Positions 60,994 to 64,000 of a DNA stretch of 64,000 nt are shown piece after piece. The position numbers and the translations under genes were made by a program. The stretch is taken from NCBI RefSeq assembly GCF_032191835.1, contig NC_083227.1, forward strand, positions 113,274,001-113,338,000. Direction: 5' to 3'. The notes under the pieces were generated by a model. The model was not told where the DNA came from. It worked only from the letters and a program-made list of their open reading frames with translations, and ran no database searches. This stretch comes from Heteronotia binoei (Eukaryota). Numbering within the stretch: the first letter of the stretch is position 1; each line of letters starts with the position of its first letter.

Positions 60994-61356
60994 GTGCCGC
61001 AGGGCAGCAGCAGCAATCTGAGGTCCACCTGGACTGGAGCTCCCTCAACCATGCTATGAAGGAGGTGGTCATGGAGGTGCTGCAGCACCACAGCTGGACT
61101 GTCACTGTCTCTGACCTCTACGCCATGTGCTTCAACCCCATCCTCACCCGCAAGAACATCACCGGTAGGCAGGCAGGGACCCCCCCTCCATGGACCCCCC
61201 TCCCCAACCTTGGAGCCCCCCTGGCTGAGCGCCTTCTGCTCATTTGCAGGCCACCTCAGGGACCCGGAGAAGTTCAAATACACGACTGAGGCCAACCTGA
61301 CCTGGAAGGAGGGGTGCCTGAGTGCCAACATAATGGCTAAGCAAAAGAAGCTGGAC
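60994..61356 (+). pseudogene. NQO1-like gene fragment (exon 2 + 85-bp intron + most of exon 3)
   Basis: 60994..61164 reads ...VHLDWSSLNHAMKEVVMEVLQHHSWTVTVSDLYAMCFNPILTRKNITG; GT-AG intron 61165..61249; 61250..61356 reads GHLRDPEKFKYTTEANLTWKEGCLSANIMAKQKKLD. Compare NQO1 AHSERTSFNYAMKEA...SDLYAMNFNPIISRKDITG|KLKDPANFQY...YKEGHLSPDIVAEQKKLE. Same phase-1 intron position; similarity stops mid-exon. Confidence 0.85.
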
Positions 61357-64000
61357 TCAGATCCTCCCCTGCCGCCAGCTCACAGCACTGGCTGGACAGC
61401 GAGGTGGAGGAGGGCAGCTGCAAGGGCGAGTGTGATGGTGGGGTAGGGGAAGCAGGGGTAGCGGGGTGCACACAGAGAGGGGGTGCCCACCACCCACCCC
61501 TGTGACCAGGTGATGCCCTAGGTGGCCACCTACCTGGCCAACAAGCTAGTGCCAGCCCTGCTGCCAACCCTAAGTGAATGCAGTTATATTCATTGCAGAA
61601 ATATTGGGGTGAGGGTGGGTGGGAACAATCATGTTTTAATTCCCTCAGAGAAACCAAGACATAGGCAACATACCCACTCTCTGTTTCTCCTCATTTGGGC
61701 TCTGAGCAGAATGAGAGAAAGCCAATACTGAGAGAACTCTGTAAAATAGTTATTAACATCAAGTTTAATTTTTTTCCTCAAAAACAGATGTTTTAATATA
61801 AAGACAGAAATAACACACTTTGACACATTCACAACAGAAAGGCAGTCTCCAAAGTTTCAGTAACTCCTATTTATTTTGCTGCTTCTGAGTAGCATGGCTA
61901 CCCACTGGGAATTATCATGCTAGAGAGAAATATTTACTTATCAGATATCCCTAGTATGCCCCAGATAGCCATCCATATCAAGTCTTTCCAAGGCATATTT
62001 GTCAAAGACAAAGAATGTTCTGCTGATAGCTGATTATGAGACTTTCATATAATCAGGGATGATTTCTGAATGAAATTACCAAATCAGAGTTCCTTGTTAC
62101 AGAAAAAATTAACATGAAATGGTTTAAATCATTTATGAATGCCAAATGCTATAAAATCATGTTAGTATTAATAATTTACAATAAAATTTAGAATTTACAT
62201 ACCATTTTATGAAAACTCAGCATACTTCACGTATACTATTGTTGCAGAAACCCTTACAATAATTGTGTAAAGAATAAACAATATTATGGAAGAATAATAT
62301 GCATGGAAGAAAGGCTGAGCAGATAGCACGAACTGTAAATTTAGCCAAGAAGACCCAATGCTGCTAAAAATGCATTTTTCCCCCCAGTCGCCCTCCCAAT
62401 GTAAGAATTTGTAAGGAAAAGAAGAAAGGCAGTTTTAAATTTACTTTTATCTGGTTTCTGAACTGGTGGATGATGGGGTTACCAGCTCTAAGTTGGAAAG
62501 TTCCTGGAGATTTGAGGGTTGGAACCTGGGAAGGGCAAAATTTGGAGATGGGAAGGACCTCACTGGGGTACAATGCCATAGAACCTGCCTTTCAAATCAA
62601 AGCTGCTATTTTCTCGAGGGGAACTTGTCTCTGAGAACCAGTTTGGTGCCGTGATTAGGAGCATGAACTCTAATCTGGGAGAACCGGGTTTGTTTCCCCA
62701 CTCCTCCATGTGCTGTTGATGTGACCTTGAGTCAGTCACAAGTTCTTTCAGAGCTGTTCTCTCAAGAGCAGTTCTCAAAAGAGCTCTCTCACCTTCACCT
62801 ATTTCACAGGGTGTCTATTGTGGGGAGGAGAAGGGAAAAGAGATTGTAAGCCGCTCTGAGACTCCGACTGAAGGGTGGGGTATAACTCCAATTTATTCCC
62901 TTCTTTTTCTCTTCTGTTGCCTGGAGTTCAATTGGAATTTGGCAACCCTAATCGATGGCTAAGCAGGAAGCTGGATTTACAATAATCTTTCAACCTTCCT
63001 ATAGTGCACTTGGGATTTCTACCTTACACTATGGATGTTCTCGTTTACAGGTCTCTCCTTTCATATAATACCCCTCAGGGGTTGAACAGGGATTGACTTT
63101 TATCTCACTACAGGTGTTAAATATTTTAACAAAACTTGTAATTCCCCACCCATTACAAGTGTTAACTCATTTAGCTTAACCAGTGATTGGTCTCTGCATT
63201 TTTCTTGTTGTAAATCTGAATTTTATATAATTACATTTCACTCTGCACCATGTATTTCATGGCTCTTTGGCCACATAGGACATTTAAAAAAACTTCTACA
63301 TAAAATGTCTGTATAGTGAGGATCCATTAATGATATCTGAAGAACTGACTTTAGTCCACAAAAGTATATGCTGGAATAAAATCTTTATAGCACTTCAAGA
63401 TTCATATTTATTCCTCCAATAAATTACAGTAATTCTCTATAGTTACAGGCAGTTACCATTTCTGCCAAAATGCACAAATCAATAAATCAAAATATTCTTC
63501 CAAAATAGCCAAGACAGATATTTCTAGGTAAAATACAAACAAAACATGATCTCAGGGAAAGATTTCTGGGAGATCACTGGGCAATGTTGTGGTTCATAAG
63601 GAATGTAGGAAAGAACTGATGTCATATACCCACATGACAATGCTTTGAAGCTCATATTGGAAGGTGATGTCATCCCCAGGCAGAGGAATATAACCAATAC
63701 AATGTAATATAGTAGTAAAGGAAATATGTAGTATAGAAAATATATAATGTAATATAGGAAAAAGCTGACATCACCAGGAATCCTGTCTCTCATAATAAGA
63801 TGCTGTTAATACCATCCTGTTAAAACTACTTTCTATTCATTTATATATGTTATCTTATTCTATAAATTTACAATAATTTTATATATCACAAACCAAAATG
63901 TATACATACAATAGTATGTAAGAGTTTCCCTCCCACACACACACGTATTAATATTTCTGCCTGGCTTGGGCTCCCCCCCCCCTCCTCAGAAGCCGCTGGC

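Noticed and set aside
60994-61059. In-frame RGS14-NQO1 fusion by splicing exon 9 to the NQO1-like exon
   Set aside because: RGS14 exon 9 ends in phase 0, but the NQO1 frame needs phase 1. A phase-0 join at 60994 or 61003 hits TGA at 61057-61059.
63524-63793. Hydrophobic 89-aa minus-strand ORF resembling a transmembrane protein
   Set aside because: The Y/I/F/L richness is explained by AT-rich low-complexity DNA; no recognisable family or convincing exon chain.

Overview
Eukaryotic vertebrate genomic DNA. The Sauria-type SINE, CR1 and MITE content points to a squamate reptile, probably a gecko (inference). Almost all ORFs in the supplied track are spurious or partial exons, so genes were rebuilt by hand from splice sites and reading phase. 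Left to right: (1) the first two coding exons of LMAN2 (-) with its CpG promoter; (2) a complete 6-exon ARL3 paralogue (ARL3-like, 188 aa, -); (3) a 17-coding-exon, ~744-aa WD40 gene (-) that I cannot name, with an RFX X-box and a CRE in its CpG-rich upstream region; (4) a very young full-length Gypsy LTR retrotransposon in intron 6 of the WD40 gene, carrying one nonsense codon; (5) a three-element nest at 42.5-48.2 kb, in which a ~2.1-kb TSD-flanked RT-less retroelement hosts a 5'-truncated L1 and a 2.5-kb hAT transposon; (6) RGS14 exons 1-9 (+), whose RBD2/GoLoco exons are not found in the last 5 kb; (7) an intron-containing NQO1 fragment downstream of RGS14 exon 9. From my recollection of the human locus, LMAN2 and RGS14 are direct neighbours there, so the ARL3-like + WD40 pair looks like a cilia-related two-gene block absent from human. 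Degenerate hammerhead-ribozyme cores in Penelope-like remnants are scattered through the window. No prokaryotic features such as CRISPR arrays.
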